Notes under the pieces: generated by a model
The model's database searches: none
Told to the model about the DNA's origin: nothing
Seen by the model: only the letters and a program-made list of their open reading frames with translations
Shown here: positions 51,123 to 63,859 of the stretch, in pieces
How positions within the stretch are numbered: the first letter of the stretch is position 1
Layout: every line of letters begins with the position of its first letter
Source: Raja brachyura
Taxonomy: Eukaryota
DNA length: 64,000 bases
NCBI GenBank assembly: GCA_963514005.1
Contig: OY740804.1
Span: 30,690,001-30,754,000, forward strand
Direction: 5' to 3'
Program-made: the position numbers and the translations under genes

Positions 51123-52679
51123 CTGACATTGTCTTTATTGTTTATCCAATAAAGTGAGACTTCCTTGGTATAAAATTAAATTATTCTTGATCCTGACAGA
51201 CATAGGATATAATGGATATCCACATTAGCCAATGGGGGACACTTATTCCGAATTGCCTGGTCACACCGTATAGATTGTCAGCAAAGATGTACCTATGATG
51301 AGAAGAGGATAAATTGAAGGATTTAGTTACAAAATAGTAGCCAGATTCTGACTGCAGCAAATGTTGTTGGAATTGCTCTTCTACTCTATTCCCCAACCAA
51401 CCCCCCACCCCCACCCCCTCCCCCCTCCCCCAACCCTCTGCAAATGTGGGGCACTAGGTTAGTGTGAAATGTAGCCATTAACAATGGAGCACAATTACAA
51501 ACCTGTACAAAAACCTTGTTGAAGAGCAAGGATCTAGGATGGGGACCAACACACTTCTGCCTCTAATTCTTGATCTTAAAGCACTTGCAACTGACCAGGG
51601 GGCTTTATATTGAACTGTTAATCTTTTTCTAAATTATGCCCCTTGCATTGCATCATGTGCTTTCTAACCTTGAGGCGGGTGCATAGGGTTTGCTTCCCAC
51701 GGTCAAAGGTGACCATTGGGATGTTGTGCTGTCACAGGAATCAGGTCATCCTCTATCGAGGATAGCTTGTACTCATGTTGGCATTGAAGCAGCACGTACA
51801 AGTATAAATCCTGCACCTTTATGTCAAGTTTCATCCACCGCCTCTACTTCTTTCTCAAAGACAATCATTTCCCTTATGTTAAACTGTCAAGGAATCAAAA
51901 AGGCTTAGAATTGTATAAAGTGCAGCACCAAACAGTATCACGAAGGACCACTACACTGCAGGTTGGTGATGAGCTCCGAATTCTGTTGCATGGCTAATTA
52001 AGGACAGAAAATAAATGTGACAAAGTACATTGAGAGAAAGAACAGCATCAGGACCGCATCATGTAACATGAAAAAAGACACAATGTGCTGGAGTAACTCA
52101 GCAGATCAGGCAGTTTCTCTTGAGAACATGAATAGGCACTGTTTCGGCCCATGTTCTATACACGTTCTCCACAGATGTTGCCTAACCCGCCTCCAGCGCT
52201 TTATGTCTTTTCTGCACTTTCTTGTATCTATAATGTAACGTGATGTCAGAAGTAGTTTGAGTCAGCTTAGACCACTGACGAGCAGCTGCGAAAACACTAC
52301 ATAGTTTGCAATAGGAAAAAGATGGTGAAAGGCAAGGCTTGATGAAAATATTTTAGATTTGTGCGTGAGGAGAACAAGCCAAAAGCCTTACAATCTGATC
52401 ATCAATGGTACTTTATTGTCACATGTACTAAGTACAGTGAAATTATTATTTTTTGAATACAGTTCAATTACAATCCTACTATACATTAGGTGCAATCATG
52501 CTAAGTATAAGAATGTAAGATAGTTGACCACACTGAGTAGATACTAGACAGATATAAGATAGCGCATGACTAATGAGTAATCAAGTGATCAATAATTCTA
52601 GACTTAGTTTTATTCCATTAGATACTACACCACTGATCTGCTTGTTAGAGGAAGGAGTTAATAAAGCAATCTCAATGTC

Positions 52680-53260
52680 TGGGCTTTCAGACATTCATTC
52701 GTAAAAGCAAAGATGGTGGTATTTTCTCTCTTTATTGAGTCAGCTACTGCTAACAGGATAAAACAAAAAGGGAAATTCTATGGTAACTGGCTGGTCAGAA
52801 AGAGAATGCTACAAGTCTATCGACATATATTGGAAGAAATGTCAGCGCAACGTCATCTGACATAATAGACAACATATTCAAGATTTTACGGAACCATCAA
52901 GCAAATAGAGCGACGTGTGAGATACACATGGCAGAACTGAAGTTGTTGACTGCGAATAACAACTGGAGATCTAAAAGACTTGATGATCCACAAAATTCTA
53001 AAGAATGTAAAATCCTGCAAAGTTATCCAAGACCAAAGAAGTCAAAGAAATCCCAAGCTCAAATTGATGAGTTGAATACGAGTTAACGCAATTCGGTTCA
53101 TGATGTCAAACGGAACAGAGGGAAAAAATAGCATGAGTGGCAAATGAATTCTCACCTTATGCTAAGTAAGGTCACAAATGCAGTGAGATGAATCATGTGC
53201 AGAGAAAGGCAGTCAAAGGACAAATAAAAGGATATGACTAAAGAGGCAACGCCACCCATG
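52680..53260 (+). mobile_element. Possible heavily decayed Gypsy-type gag remnant
   Basis: QRNVI at 52843 (cf. NVIYER-type motif) and GK.HE...HKCSEMNHV at about 53120-53199 (cf. zinc knuckle); many stops and frameshifts. Confidence 0.3.
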
Positions 53261-53751
53261 ATGTCTCACAAGCTGATTTTAATTCTATTACAATATCTGA
53301 GGGAGAACAGGAAGAGATGAAAGTCCTTTAGGAAAAGAAAGCAACAAGTCGGTGGAGTAGAGGAGGCCAAGCAATCAACACAATTCTCTGCTACCTTCAA
53401 AATTATGAAGCAGAATACTCAATGCATGGCTGCTCAAAGTCGATTATGGCCATTTGGCATTGTACTGAGGATCTCAAGACCATTCTTTAGTAGCACATAA
53501 AATCCCAGGAAAGGGGCACCCCCCTCCCACACGTTAAGATAGAGAAATGACGGAGGTGGAGTTCTAGTAGCATGTAAGACGTTTACAAGGAAGCTTAAAA
53601 AGCTTGAAAAGTGCAAACAAAATATAAACCGTATTACTGTCAAAGCACTGTGCAAGCTATAAGGGAAAGACTAGATATAAGTCCAAATCTGACATTAGAC
53701 ACAAAGTGCTGGAGTAACTCAGCGGGTCAGGCAGCATGGAGAAAAGGAACA

Positions 53752-53782
53752 GGTGACGTTTCGGGTCAGGACCCTTCTTCAG
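53752..53782 (-). ncRNA. Minimal hammerhead ribozyme motif in a Penelope-derived repeat
   Basis: Minus strand CUGAAGA A GGGUC CU GACCC GAAA CGUC ACC: same stem II as 14364-14397 with a different loop. Confidence 0.62.
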
Positions 53783-55441
53783 TTGTTTTTGTTGCAATTG
53801 TTGTATTTGGTGAACAATGTACCCAAATCTTGGTAAGTGACAACAAACTGAGTACAAATTAAAAATCTTTTGAGTCTGCAGCTTACTGCACATACATATT
53901 CTACACACAAATAGCAGCAGCTGTTAGATGAATGCGTGCATGTTTAAAGGAAATGCCACAGTAAAAGTACCATCTAGTCTAGAACTAAAGGTGTGCATGA
54001 GAAACAAAGCTGAGCATAAAAGTTAGACAGGGGAGAGATCATCTCACCAGTAGATGCTTCTCCCATTCACACATCAAGCTTAGTGTGCATGGATAAGCCA
54101 GACAAGCTGTTTAAATCCACATGATCAGAATAATGCTTGAAGAGGAACCATTATCCAATTAAGACATCGAAAGTGTTTTGCCAGACCCAGTGGAGCAGAA
54201 ATCTTCAGTGTGATGGATTTGGGAAAAATGCATTTAAGCCCTTTGAGTTCGACAGTGAACATTTGTTTGCTCAACACACTGGAATCAGCACCACACGAGG
54301 TTTCAGCAAAGGCTAGATTTACAGCGCAATAGCACATAGAGTAGCGCTGCTGCTTAACAGCTCACGTGACCCCGGTTCGATTCTGACCTCCATTACAGTT
54401 TATGTGGAGTTTGCACGTTCTCCTTGTGACTATGTGAGCTACCTCCATGTGCTCCACTTTGGTAGGTTAATTCAGTTTGTCGATTGTATATTATTCTTGA
54501 CATTTATAACAGACAACCATCTGCAATTTGCTGCAGATTAGTTTACAAAATTTGAGACCAAATGGGAATTCACTCATTAAACATTGACATTCACTATCCA
54601 ACATCAAATAGAATGTCCAAGAATGCCATGAATACAGCCACGTTGTACTTGAGAGAAAAAAAAGCATCAGCACATACAGATCCATATCACATATTATATC
54701 ACATACAGATGTGAAATATAGCAACGCCAAGGTTCAAACGTGGTCCAGTTGAGAGACTGATAAGCAGCTAAACCAGAGTGCAGCTGGCAACAGATGCAAA
54801 GCTACTGAAGCCTAAAATTCCGCTTCGAATAAGATTCTGAAGGAAGAGTGAAAAGGAAAAATGAGCTTCCTGCTATTACTGACCAACCAAAGAGATGTTA
54901 ATCCTCATCAAGGTGGCACAGGTTCAGTTGTAGCATCAAAAAGATAGCAGAAATCTACAATCATCAACAGGGCTGCCAACTCTCACGCATTGTGCGTGAA
55001 GCTCACGCATTTCATCCAAATCTCATGCTCTCAAGCTGATGGCAGAATTCTCACGCTGTCTTCATTCCCTGCACAGTTTGTCTCTTTGCACCACATGACA
55101 GCGATCTGTGCTGTCTGGGGAAGCGCATCGGTTGACGGCTGTGAGTGACGTTGCGTCTCTTCTCTTCTCTTCTCTCTGGTCGGATGTGCAGCCACCTGCA
55201 ACATGAAGCAGCCGGAGATGGAACTAACCAGGTGAATCGGTTGTAAAACATGGGGGGGGGGGGGGTGCAGACACCACAATGAGGCCAATCATCCAGGACA
55301 GGGTTCAGCAACCTATGGCCCACAGGCGAGCCGACCTGAAAATTGCAGCCAGTCCCGGGATTCTCTCCCCCACCCCCCCCCCCCCCCCCCCCCCCCCACG
55401 CACATTGGCAGCCAAATTGGGCCAGCCATGTACTTGGATAA

Positions 55442-56140
55442 AGGGCCTGTCCCACTTGGGCGACCGAAGCTGCGAGTTTAGAAAAGTTTGCCCTGGACTC
55501 AAACTCGCAGCATGGTCAACACGAGGTCCTAGGAGGTCGTATGAGGTGGCTGGAACTCTCCTTGATGCTTGAGGGAAGTTCCCGCCTACTCGCGGCCTCA
55601 GTTAGGTTGCAAAAATTTTTCAGTATATTGAACATATTTCCACGAGTAAAAATTTTGGTCGGCATGGGTCGTTTTCACTCGTAGTGCAGTGGAGTGGGGT
55701 CGCTATTTACTTACAGGTACTCGAGGGCGGCCGTAGGCAATCTCCTTCGCTGACCGGGCATTTTGATTGGCTCATTGGAGTTCCACGTCCAAGGAAGACC
55801 TACCGGTAGGTAAAATACCCGATAACTTTACCAAACTTCTTAAAAGTGTCTCCACTCCTTCTTCTCCCTCCCCCCCTTCTCTCCCCTTCTCTACCCCCCC
55901 CCCCCCCCCCCGCTCAGTGCAGCCGTTTACCTTCCTCTTCATCGCGCAGATAGCACTCCTCCGCTTTCATGGCCCCCACCTTCGCGATGTATTTGTGTGT
56001 GCGGTCGGTCGATGCAGCTCGCGGTTTCAACTCGCCCGGTCGATCCAGCTTGAGGTTTTCCAGGAGAGTGCCCTCGAGCTTGAAGGTCGAAGGCACTCTT
56101 CTGGACTCGCGGATTAGGTTGCCCAAGTGGGACAGGCCCT
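55442..56140. mobile_element. PIF/Harbinger-type MITE (699 bp)
   Basis: TAA|AGGGCCTGTCCCACTTGGGC ... GCCCAAGTGGGACAGGCCCT|TAA, a 20-bp perfect TIR. Confidence 0.88.
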
Positions 56141-56319
56141 TAACTCTATGCAGATCTGAATGGGCTTAGCATTACCATTTAAGCAAAATTGCCCCAACTT
56201 TCCCCATTTTGATTCTTGAGATTAATATACCTTTGCTCTGTTCACAGCGTTAAAGTACTTATGAGGTAGGGTCAGGAAAGGGAACATGTTATTTTTTTTA
56301 GTTCGCTTTAATTTGTTAA

Positions 56320-56407
56320 ACCCCTGTCTCACGGTTTGAGTTGACCCACAGGTGACCCCGAGTTTTCACTCGCGGTAATCACGTACAATCAACGTAGCAG
56401 GAACGTC
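56320..56407. mobile_element. Left part of a MITE related to 38698-38992, cut by the gap
   Basis: CCTGTCTCACGGTTTGAGTTGACCCA...ACTCGCGGTAATCACGTA...ACGTAGCAGGAACGTC parallels 38700-38797. Confidence 0.6.
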
Positions 56408-56607
56408 NNNNNNNNNNNNNNNNNNNNNNNNNNNNNNNNNNNNNNNNNNNNNNNNNNNNNNNNNNNNNNNNNNNNNNNNNNNNNNNNNNNNNNNNNNNNN
56501 NNNNNNNNNNNNNNNNNNNNNNNNNNNNNNNNNNNNNNNNNNNNNNNNNNNNNNNNNNNNNNNNNNNNNNNNNNNNNNNNNNNNNNNNNNNNNNNNNNNN
56601 NNNNNNN
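56408..56607. other. Assembly gap (200 N)
   Basis: Run of N; the round length suggests a placeholder of unknown true size. Confidence 0.99.
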
Positions 56608-57104
56608 TAAGGCCATGTCCTGCTCCCGGCGGCAGTCGGAATTTAAGGATTTGCGGGAAGCGGCTGACATGAGCGAGGCCAGCGAGCAGCAGGAGGTACA
56701 TGGGCCGCAGAACCGGGGGGCTGTAGCCCCGCACTTTTTTGGCTAGACATGTTTCAATATCTCTGGGTGTTGGAGAGCCGGGATGGAGGGATGGAAGCAG
56801 AAGCAGGGGCAGGGGCTGCCATGTGTTTGCCGGGCTGGCGAGTCGCTCGCTGCAGATCCGGCCATGGAGCAGCCTCAATTCAAGAGTCCCGGGCCATCGG
56901 AGGCGTCGGAAGCGTTCCGCTGCGGCCGTGAGAGTCTGGTGACCGGCATGGAACAGGCTGTGGCTCGGTGCATCCTGGAGGACAACCAGTGGCTGCTGGA
57001 AGTAGGTACCAAGTACTGGGTAGAAGCGGTGGAAGATAGTGGCCTTCAAATAGGGGTGGTTGGATAACGCATCCAGCTTGCCTACTAGATTTTCACTTAC
57101 TGTA

Positions 57105-57450
57105 ACTGCAGGAAAAATGTTCCAGATGTTGGGGGAGTTCAGAACCAGGGGTCACAGTTTGAGAATAAGGGGTAAGCCATTTAGGACTGAGATGTGGACA
57201 AACTTTATTCACCCAGAGAGTTGTGAATCTGTGGAATTCTCTGCCACAGAAGGCAGTGGAGGCCAATTCACTGGATGTTTTCAAGAGAGAATTACATTTT
57301 GCTCTTGGGGCTTGCGAAATCAAGGGATATGGGGAAAAAAACAGGAAAGAGGTACTGATTTTAGATGAACAGCCATGATCATATTGAATGACAGCGCTGG
57401 CTCGAAGGGCTGAATGGCCTATTCCTGCACCTATTTTCTATATTTCTATG
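57105..57450 (+). mobile_element. CR1 3' fragment
   Basis: AGKMFQMLGEFRTRGHSLRIRGKPFRTEM plus 3' UTR; followed by an opposite-strand CR1 tail at about 57520-57750. Confidence 0.87.
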
Positions 57451-59081
57451 CTTGAGTATATGGCAATAAAACTCGACCACTTGATTTTGAAGCATTCATG
57501 CATGGTGGAGGTATAATGTAGTCATAGAGTGATACAGAGTGAAAACAAGGCCATACGGCCCAACTTGCCCACAACCACCAACATGTCCCAGCTACACTAC
57601 CTGCCTTTGGTCCATATCCCTCCAAATCTGCCCTATCCATGTATCAGTCTAACTGTTTCTTAAATGTTGGGACAGTCCCTACCTCAACTACCTCCTCTGG
57701 CAGCTCGTTCCATACACCCACCACCCTTTGTGCGGAAAAAAGTTACCCCTTAAAAAGTTACCTCTTAAAAATATTTTGAACAAAAAACATTGAAATCATA
57801 CTTCTACAATGCACTAAAACATGATTTTAATACATCAAATTTCAAAAGGCACCCCCATCTCCCCACCCTCCCCCAACTCGGTCGCTCCACTGCCTCGACG
57901 GTAACCCCAAGGCCAGTGATCAGTGATCGCTCAGCCCCCCCCACTTTCAAAACGCTCCACGGAGAGCACTGCCAGATGTGAGCGGGGAATTGAGGCCAGT
58001 TGTCCATGATGTCTGGATCCCAATGCTCAGCGCTTCGTGTTTCGGAGTTGGCTCATGTTATTCATTTGTAATTAGCCTGATTTGTAATTAATTGATAAAA
58101 CCTTAATTTATTAATCTGGAATATCCAGGGAGATGGAATAAGTGCAATATTAAAATAACATGCAAGATGTCAGGATGTCTGTCACAACATATAGCCCCGA
58201 TAACCCATTATTTCCTTCAGTTAAATATTGGGAAGGTAGCGCTATTGTCATTTGCCACTCAACTATTATATTTGTTTGCCTCACTGACTATTTCTAACAC
58301 CCCCCCCCCCACACAAATTCCTTTGACAAGTTGAATAGAAATGTCCCCATTCTCGTTGTTTTATTAATTGAACACGTAGATGAACATCCTCAAGGAGTGT
58401 AATCAGATGGAAATTGATTCAGATGCAATGTTTAACAGCTTGTACAAAGAATGGGCATATTTTAAAGGAGTGACAGAGATACTTGCAGGGGAATGTGTGA
58501 AGAGGTTATTATTTGTCTTTAGTTTTAGCTTGAACCAGGACATCTGAAGATTCAAAGTTTAATATAGTAAGTGTGCTGATACTGACTCCAACCAACCATG
58601 TAATGAATATCATCCATTCCGGAGGTTTTATTTTTCTGATGCCATTTAAACTTCACTTGGATTTCAATCACTTCAATGTAAAAGTAATTGGGAATGGGGA
58701 GCATTGGAACAAAAATTTGCTCTCTGTACATATTAACTGTAATATAATAATGTATGCATGTTGGTAGGTACAATCAAAACAAAGATCTTTTTATCATTGT
58801 TGTGTTATGAATACCACAGAAAACATTATGTAGTCTCAAGACCCATTTAATAGAATAATATTGCTTAAATATATAGTTATTGGACATTGCATTTTGGAAA
58901 AGTCCCAGCTGAGAGGAAGACAGCAAATATTGGGGGGGGGGGGGGGGGGGGAAATGACTTCAGGACAGTTTGTTAGGAAAATGAAGGAAATTGTAACAGA
59001 ATACCTATACAGCAGAGTGAAGTATAATTTTATGGATGAGAAATTGTGTTCAACCAATTGATGACTTCTCTGACAAAGTAA

Positions 59082-59652
59082 AGGGCCTGTCCAACCAGCA
59101 TGCAACTCTATGCGATGAACGCGATCAAACCGGCAGCGGGGGACGCGCGGAGGTCGGGTGATCCCTGTACAGGGCCGTTCCCACCAGCATGCGCCCGCAT
59201 GCGGCAAGCACAACCAAACCGGCAGCAGGGGCCGCGCGGAGGTCGGGTGAGTGGAGCAACGCGGCGCAAAGTGAGGCGAACTTGGAGCGAAGTCCAAGGT
59301 AAGTTCACCAGGACAGAGAGGGGCACACAGAGAGGGGCACCAAGGCACACACACACACACAGGGCCACACACATGGAGGGTCACGGAGGCACTTACAAAT
59401 AGGTTCACGGAGGCACGATGTCCGGGTGGTGTATAAATGTCGAGGCGACTGCAAGCCGGCAAGCCGTTGCCGTGCGGAATTTTTGGACATAGTCGGTTTT
59501 TCAGAGCCCCGCGCGGTGTCGGGACGAACTCCGCGCAATTCCGTATGGCTCCGGCGATCGAAGTGGGACTGGCCCCGCGACGCCGGACGGCTCAAGCGAC
59601 CACGTTAGGTCGCGCTAATCGCATAGAGTTGCATGCTGGTGGGACAGGCCTT
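59082..59652. mobile_element. PIF/Harbinger-type MITE (571 bp)
   Basis: TAA|AGGGCCTGTCCAACCAGCATGCAACTCTATGCGAT ... ATCGCATAGAGTTGCATGCTGGTGGGACAGGCCTT|TAA; internal TIR-like copy at about 59171-59193. Confidence 0.88.
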
Positions 59653-61533
59653 TAATTAGCATGTTAGATAACAATGGATGCAGCAATTTTGTTCTACAAA
59701 ATTTGGTCTGTGAAGTACCCCATAAAAGATTACCGCATTAGATATGCACCTGTGAATTTGAACGTAATAGGTTATGTCCAGGGGGTCAGATATGGGGCTT
59801 TATGTGTGGGCCAAATATATTGTTAGTGCAGAGGGGCTAGGAGTAAGGCCAAGTTTGCATCCAGAGCCAAGGTCTGGAATAGTACTAGGTGTGCAGTCAA
59901 AGCTGGACAATGGAAGTATTCAGCACTGAGAACCTAAGCAGGTAAGCAACTATGATCAGGGTAGAATAGAAGGCCAGGTGTAAGGCTGGACACAGGGTCA
60001 GGAATGAGAGAAGGTATGCAACTGGAGTCAGGGTCAGGAGTAGTATCAGGTGTGCAGTGAGACCCAGGTTGGTCAACATGGGTCAAGTGCTTGATTATAA
60101 TCTGAAATCCATGCATGTATACACTAAAATCATTCATGTGCTGCACCTGTTGATCAGAGCCCGGCTCTACTGTGGAATGTAATTAGGAATGTAATTTAGC
60201 CTAACCTTATTCATAGCAAATCCAATTTAAAGCATAAATATTGCATTCATGTGCAAGTTAAAAGACTCGCTACAGTATGCACCAGATTGCACAATTTCAA
60301 GCTGAAAAGTGCAAAAGCTCTGTACCATGGGAGGGGGGGGGGGGGCAAAAGTGAAAAATTATTTCCTCATCTCCGTTCTAAATGGCCTACAAATTATTCT
60401 TAAACTGTGGCCCCTGGTTCTGGACTCCCCCACGTCAGGACCGTTTCCTGCCTCTAGCGTGTCCAATCCCTTAATAATCTTATATGCTTCACTACCTGCA
60501 GTACCTGCATGCTTACTTTATTATCTATTATATATATAGATATAGATATATATCAGTTTTTCGAGATGCAGCATGCAAACAGACCCTTCAGCCTACCGAG
60601 TCCGTACCAACCAACAATCACTAACATATCAATACACATAGCTGCATGAAGGTTTTTTAAATCCATGCAGCTCATGTTAAGAAGCATCTTAAATTGTATG
60701 GACACTAAATTATGTAAAGTTATGTTGGTTCTTTGAAACATTAATATGGACTCTTTGTGCACTGAATGTTGAAATCCAAACATGACTAGACAAATGCATA
60801 AAACAAGTAGTGTCATTCAGCATGGCAATAGTATAGTGAGATCTGAAGCTTATTGATCAGATGATATTGTCAGGATGGATCATAGCCATTTTGCAGGCTT
60901 ATGAGTAACTCAGAAAGAATATGACTTACCAAAAAGCTATGGAATGTGATATGAAGGATTTTTTTAACTGCTACTAGAGATAGTGAAATGTAACATGTTT
61001 TAGTTCTGTATTTCTTTCTTCACAGACCCCCATCAATCTATTCAACCATCGAAAGTGTCAACTGATCTAACTCTAATCCCTTCATATAAAACAGAGGAGT
61101 ACTCCATTCAATCCCTTTTGCTCCACTATTCATTAAGATCATCTCTGAGTGGAAACCAGGATCTGCAAATACTGCAGATACTACAAATACTACAAAACCA
61201 AAGTGCTGGAGTATCTCAGCGGGTCAGGCATCATCACTGGAGAACAATCATAGGTGACGTTTCAGGTCAGGACCATTCTTCTGATCTTTTTCCTTCACCC
61301 ACCTGCATTAATCCCATAATCCTTGATGCCCTTTATATATAAATATCTTTAATCTTTAATTTAAACATAGTCAGTGGCTGAGCCTCCACAGCCTTCTTTC
61401 CAAAGATTCATCTCTCTCCTGTTTAAGAAATGTCTTGCCATCTCTGGCCTGAACCGATATATTCATACTGACCCCATGTGCTCAACGCCCCGGTCAAGCA
61501 AAATATCGACTCGGGAATCAACTCCTGTCAAGC

Positions 61534-61826
61534 TTTAGTTTTAGTTTTTCAAGATACAGCGTGCAAACAGGCCCTTCAGCCCACCGAGTCCATGTCAACC
61601 AACAATCACACGTACACAAGTTCATTCCTACACCCCAGGGACAATTTATAGAACCCAATTAACCTACAAACCTGCACGCCTTTAGAATGTGGGGGGAAAC
61701 CAGAGCACCCGGAGAAAACCCACACGGTCACACAGAGAACCTACAAACTCCGTACAGACAGCACCCGAGGTCAGGATCTCTGGGGCAGTGAGGCAGCAAC
61801 TCTAAGGTTGCACCATGGTGCCGCCC
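61534..61826 (-). mobile_element. V-SINE (HE1-like)
   Basis: Head GGGCGGCACCATGGTGCA, V-domain and tail on the minus strand. Partial copies also lie at about 19825-19950, 22736-22910, 32140-32360, 35345-35500, 54330-54470 and 62978-63177. Confidence 0.83.
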
Positions 61827-63859
61827 CTTAAGAATTTTGCACGTTTCATCGTCCTTATCACTTTAGCCATGACTATGTATTAATGTAAAAATCTTTTGAG
61901 GATCAATGCAGCTGCCTTGGGTTTTATTATCTCAGTTGTTTAAATACACCAAATACCTCAGACATTAATTATAGCTACTATTTCTTAAACTGCATTCAAC
62001 CTGTCCGCAAGAGACTTGGATAGATTCTGTCAGAAAAAAAGATGAGCTGAGCCTGAGAGCTTGTTACTGTGGTAACTGGCAGCCAGCCAACAATGATGTC
62101 ACTTTTTTGCCACAAGAATTTTTAATTCAAACTCTGTCCGTCTCAGCAGTTTCACTATCATTAAGAATTGCATTGCAGTGTCATGTCTCTGCCATGCTCA
62201 AAAATGAGCAGCATGTCGTACTGTTCTCTCCTATGAAATATTTCAAGCTGCAAAGCTTATTATTGAAGCGCATCAACTCTCAAATCAGTGTCAGCTGGGA
62301 AGAGCTACACTAAACGAATTCAGAATTTTGAAGTTCTTTATACTGAATCTTTGTCTCATTACCTTCAAGGATCCGCGGGTTACATTTGAAAATCGCAGAC
62401 ATATTAAAAAGTCAAGTATTGGGGAAATGCAAAGATTTTAAATGGATTTTGAAAAGCAAAAGGAATAACAAGCAGTGAAAAAGCATGTAACAGGAGCATC
62501 CAGCCTAAATAGCACCCAATGTTTCAATGGTCCGTTCGAAATAAAATCCATGCATGCTGCAGAAATCTGGCCGCATAGATGGAGAGAAACTCCAATAAAA
62601 GCTTCATCTTGTAGTACTTAAATTCACCCACAAGAGGTTGATAAAACATTGGTCCTGTTCAACCTGGCTGAGGCAGCAGTTCCCAAAGAAGCATGCAGAC
62701 ACTCCTGGGAATATGTTCTGGCCCTGCGCAAGCTCGTTCCAAGTCCAGGATGTGACACGTGACATTTGCTGGTGCATGTTTTTGCTCTGTTGCATGTGAA
62801 GTCGAGTAGCAGATGCTGATTGTACTGGGATTCCCAGCATAACACTAGGGAATCCACCTGTCCCACCCTATACCAGTCAGATTTCAACAGATGCAATGAC
62901 CTCATTTGTTCCCAATAACATTTCCCAATCCTGTGAATTAAATGATAGCATGTAAGTAAGGCCAGTACAATGAGGGTTTAGAGATACAGCATGGAATCAG
63001 GCCCTTCAGCCCACCAAGTGCATGTTAACCATCAATCACCCATTCATCCCAGTTCTATGTTATCCCACTTCCTCATTTACTCCCTATAGACTGGGGGAAA
63101 TTTACAGAGACCAATTAACCTACAAGCCCACAGATCTTTTGGATGTAGGAGGAAACCAGAGCACCCAGCAGAAACCTGTTTTTGTTTTTAAACTTAATTT
63201 GGTTTGGTGTTTTAATCATTTATTAGTATTTTGTTTCCTCGTAATCTTTTACATTTTAATACGATAATAATTTGCACTTTTTAAATATGGCTTTAAATAA
63301 CAGAAAGCGGGTCCCACCCTCAGCTTTGCCTCCAGTGAAATGCTAGTGGACCGCTCTGGAAACAGTACCTCATGGATCAGTCAGCTGGGGCCTACTGGGT
63401 CCAGAGCCTTTGCTATGCCTCTCTTGGCCCGATGGATCAGCTCATTTAGATGTGCCATCAAGGTGATACTGCAGAAAGAGTTCAGGCAGCAGGCTAAATC
63501 CTGTTGGAATAGGCCCACTATGATAGCTTCCCCCAGTAACCCTATTATTACACAAAGATTAGTGTCATCAGCCAAATGCCATTAATAAAGGGGCGTAATA
63601 TCTCTCTGGCTTTACCTCCATTCCTTAAGTATATTACATTTAAAATATATGCCTGCAGTGAACAAACCTATCCCAAAGCACCGGAAATAGCTGAAGTCAG
63701 ACACAAAATGCTGGAGTAACAGCGGGTCAGGCAACATCTCTGGAGAAAAGGAATAGGTGACATTTTGGGTTCTGACTTTCTCCTGACCCACTCAGTTATG
63801 CTAACATTTTATGTCTATCTTTAGAACAAACCAACATCTGCAATTCTACCCTGCACCTG

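Noticed and set aside
56366-57049. 227-aa and 93-aa ORFs
   Set aside because: Artefacts of translating through the N gap; the two flanks may not be contiguous.
58836-59655. Cluster of 60-208 aa ORFs
   Set aside because: Stop-poor GC-rich MITE interior with no transposase motifs.
59880-60150. Loosely periodic CAGG/GGTCAGG tract as an LTR or minisatellite
   Set aside because: Too degenerate to define a unit or termini.
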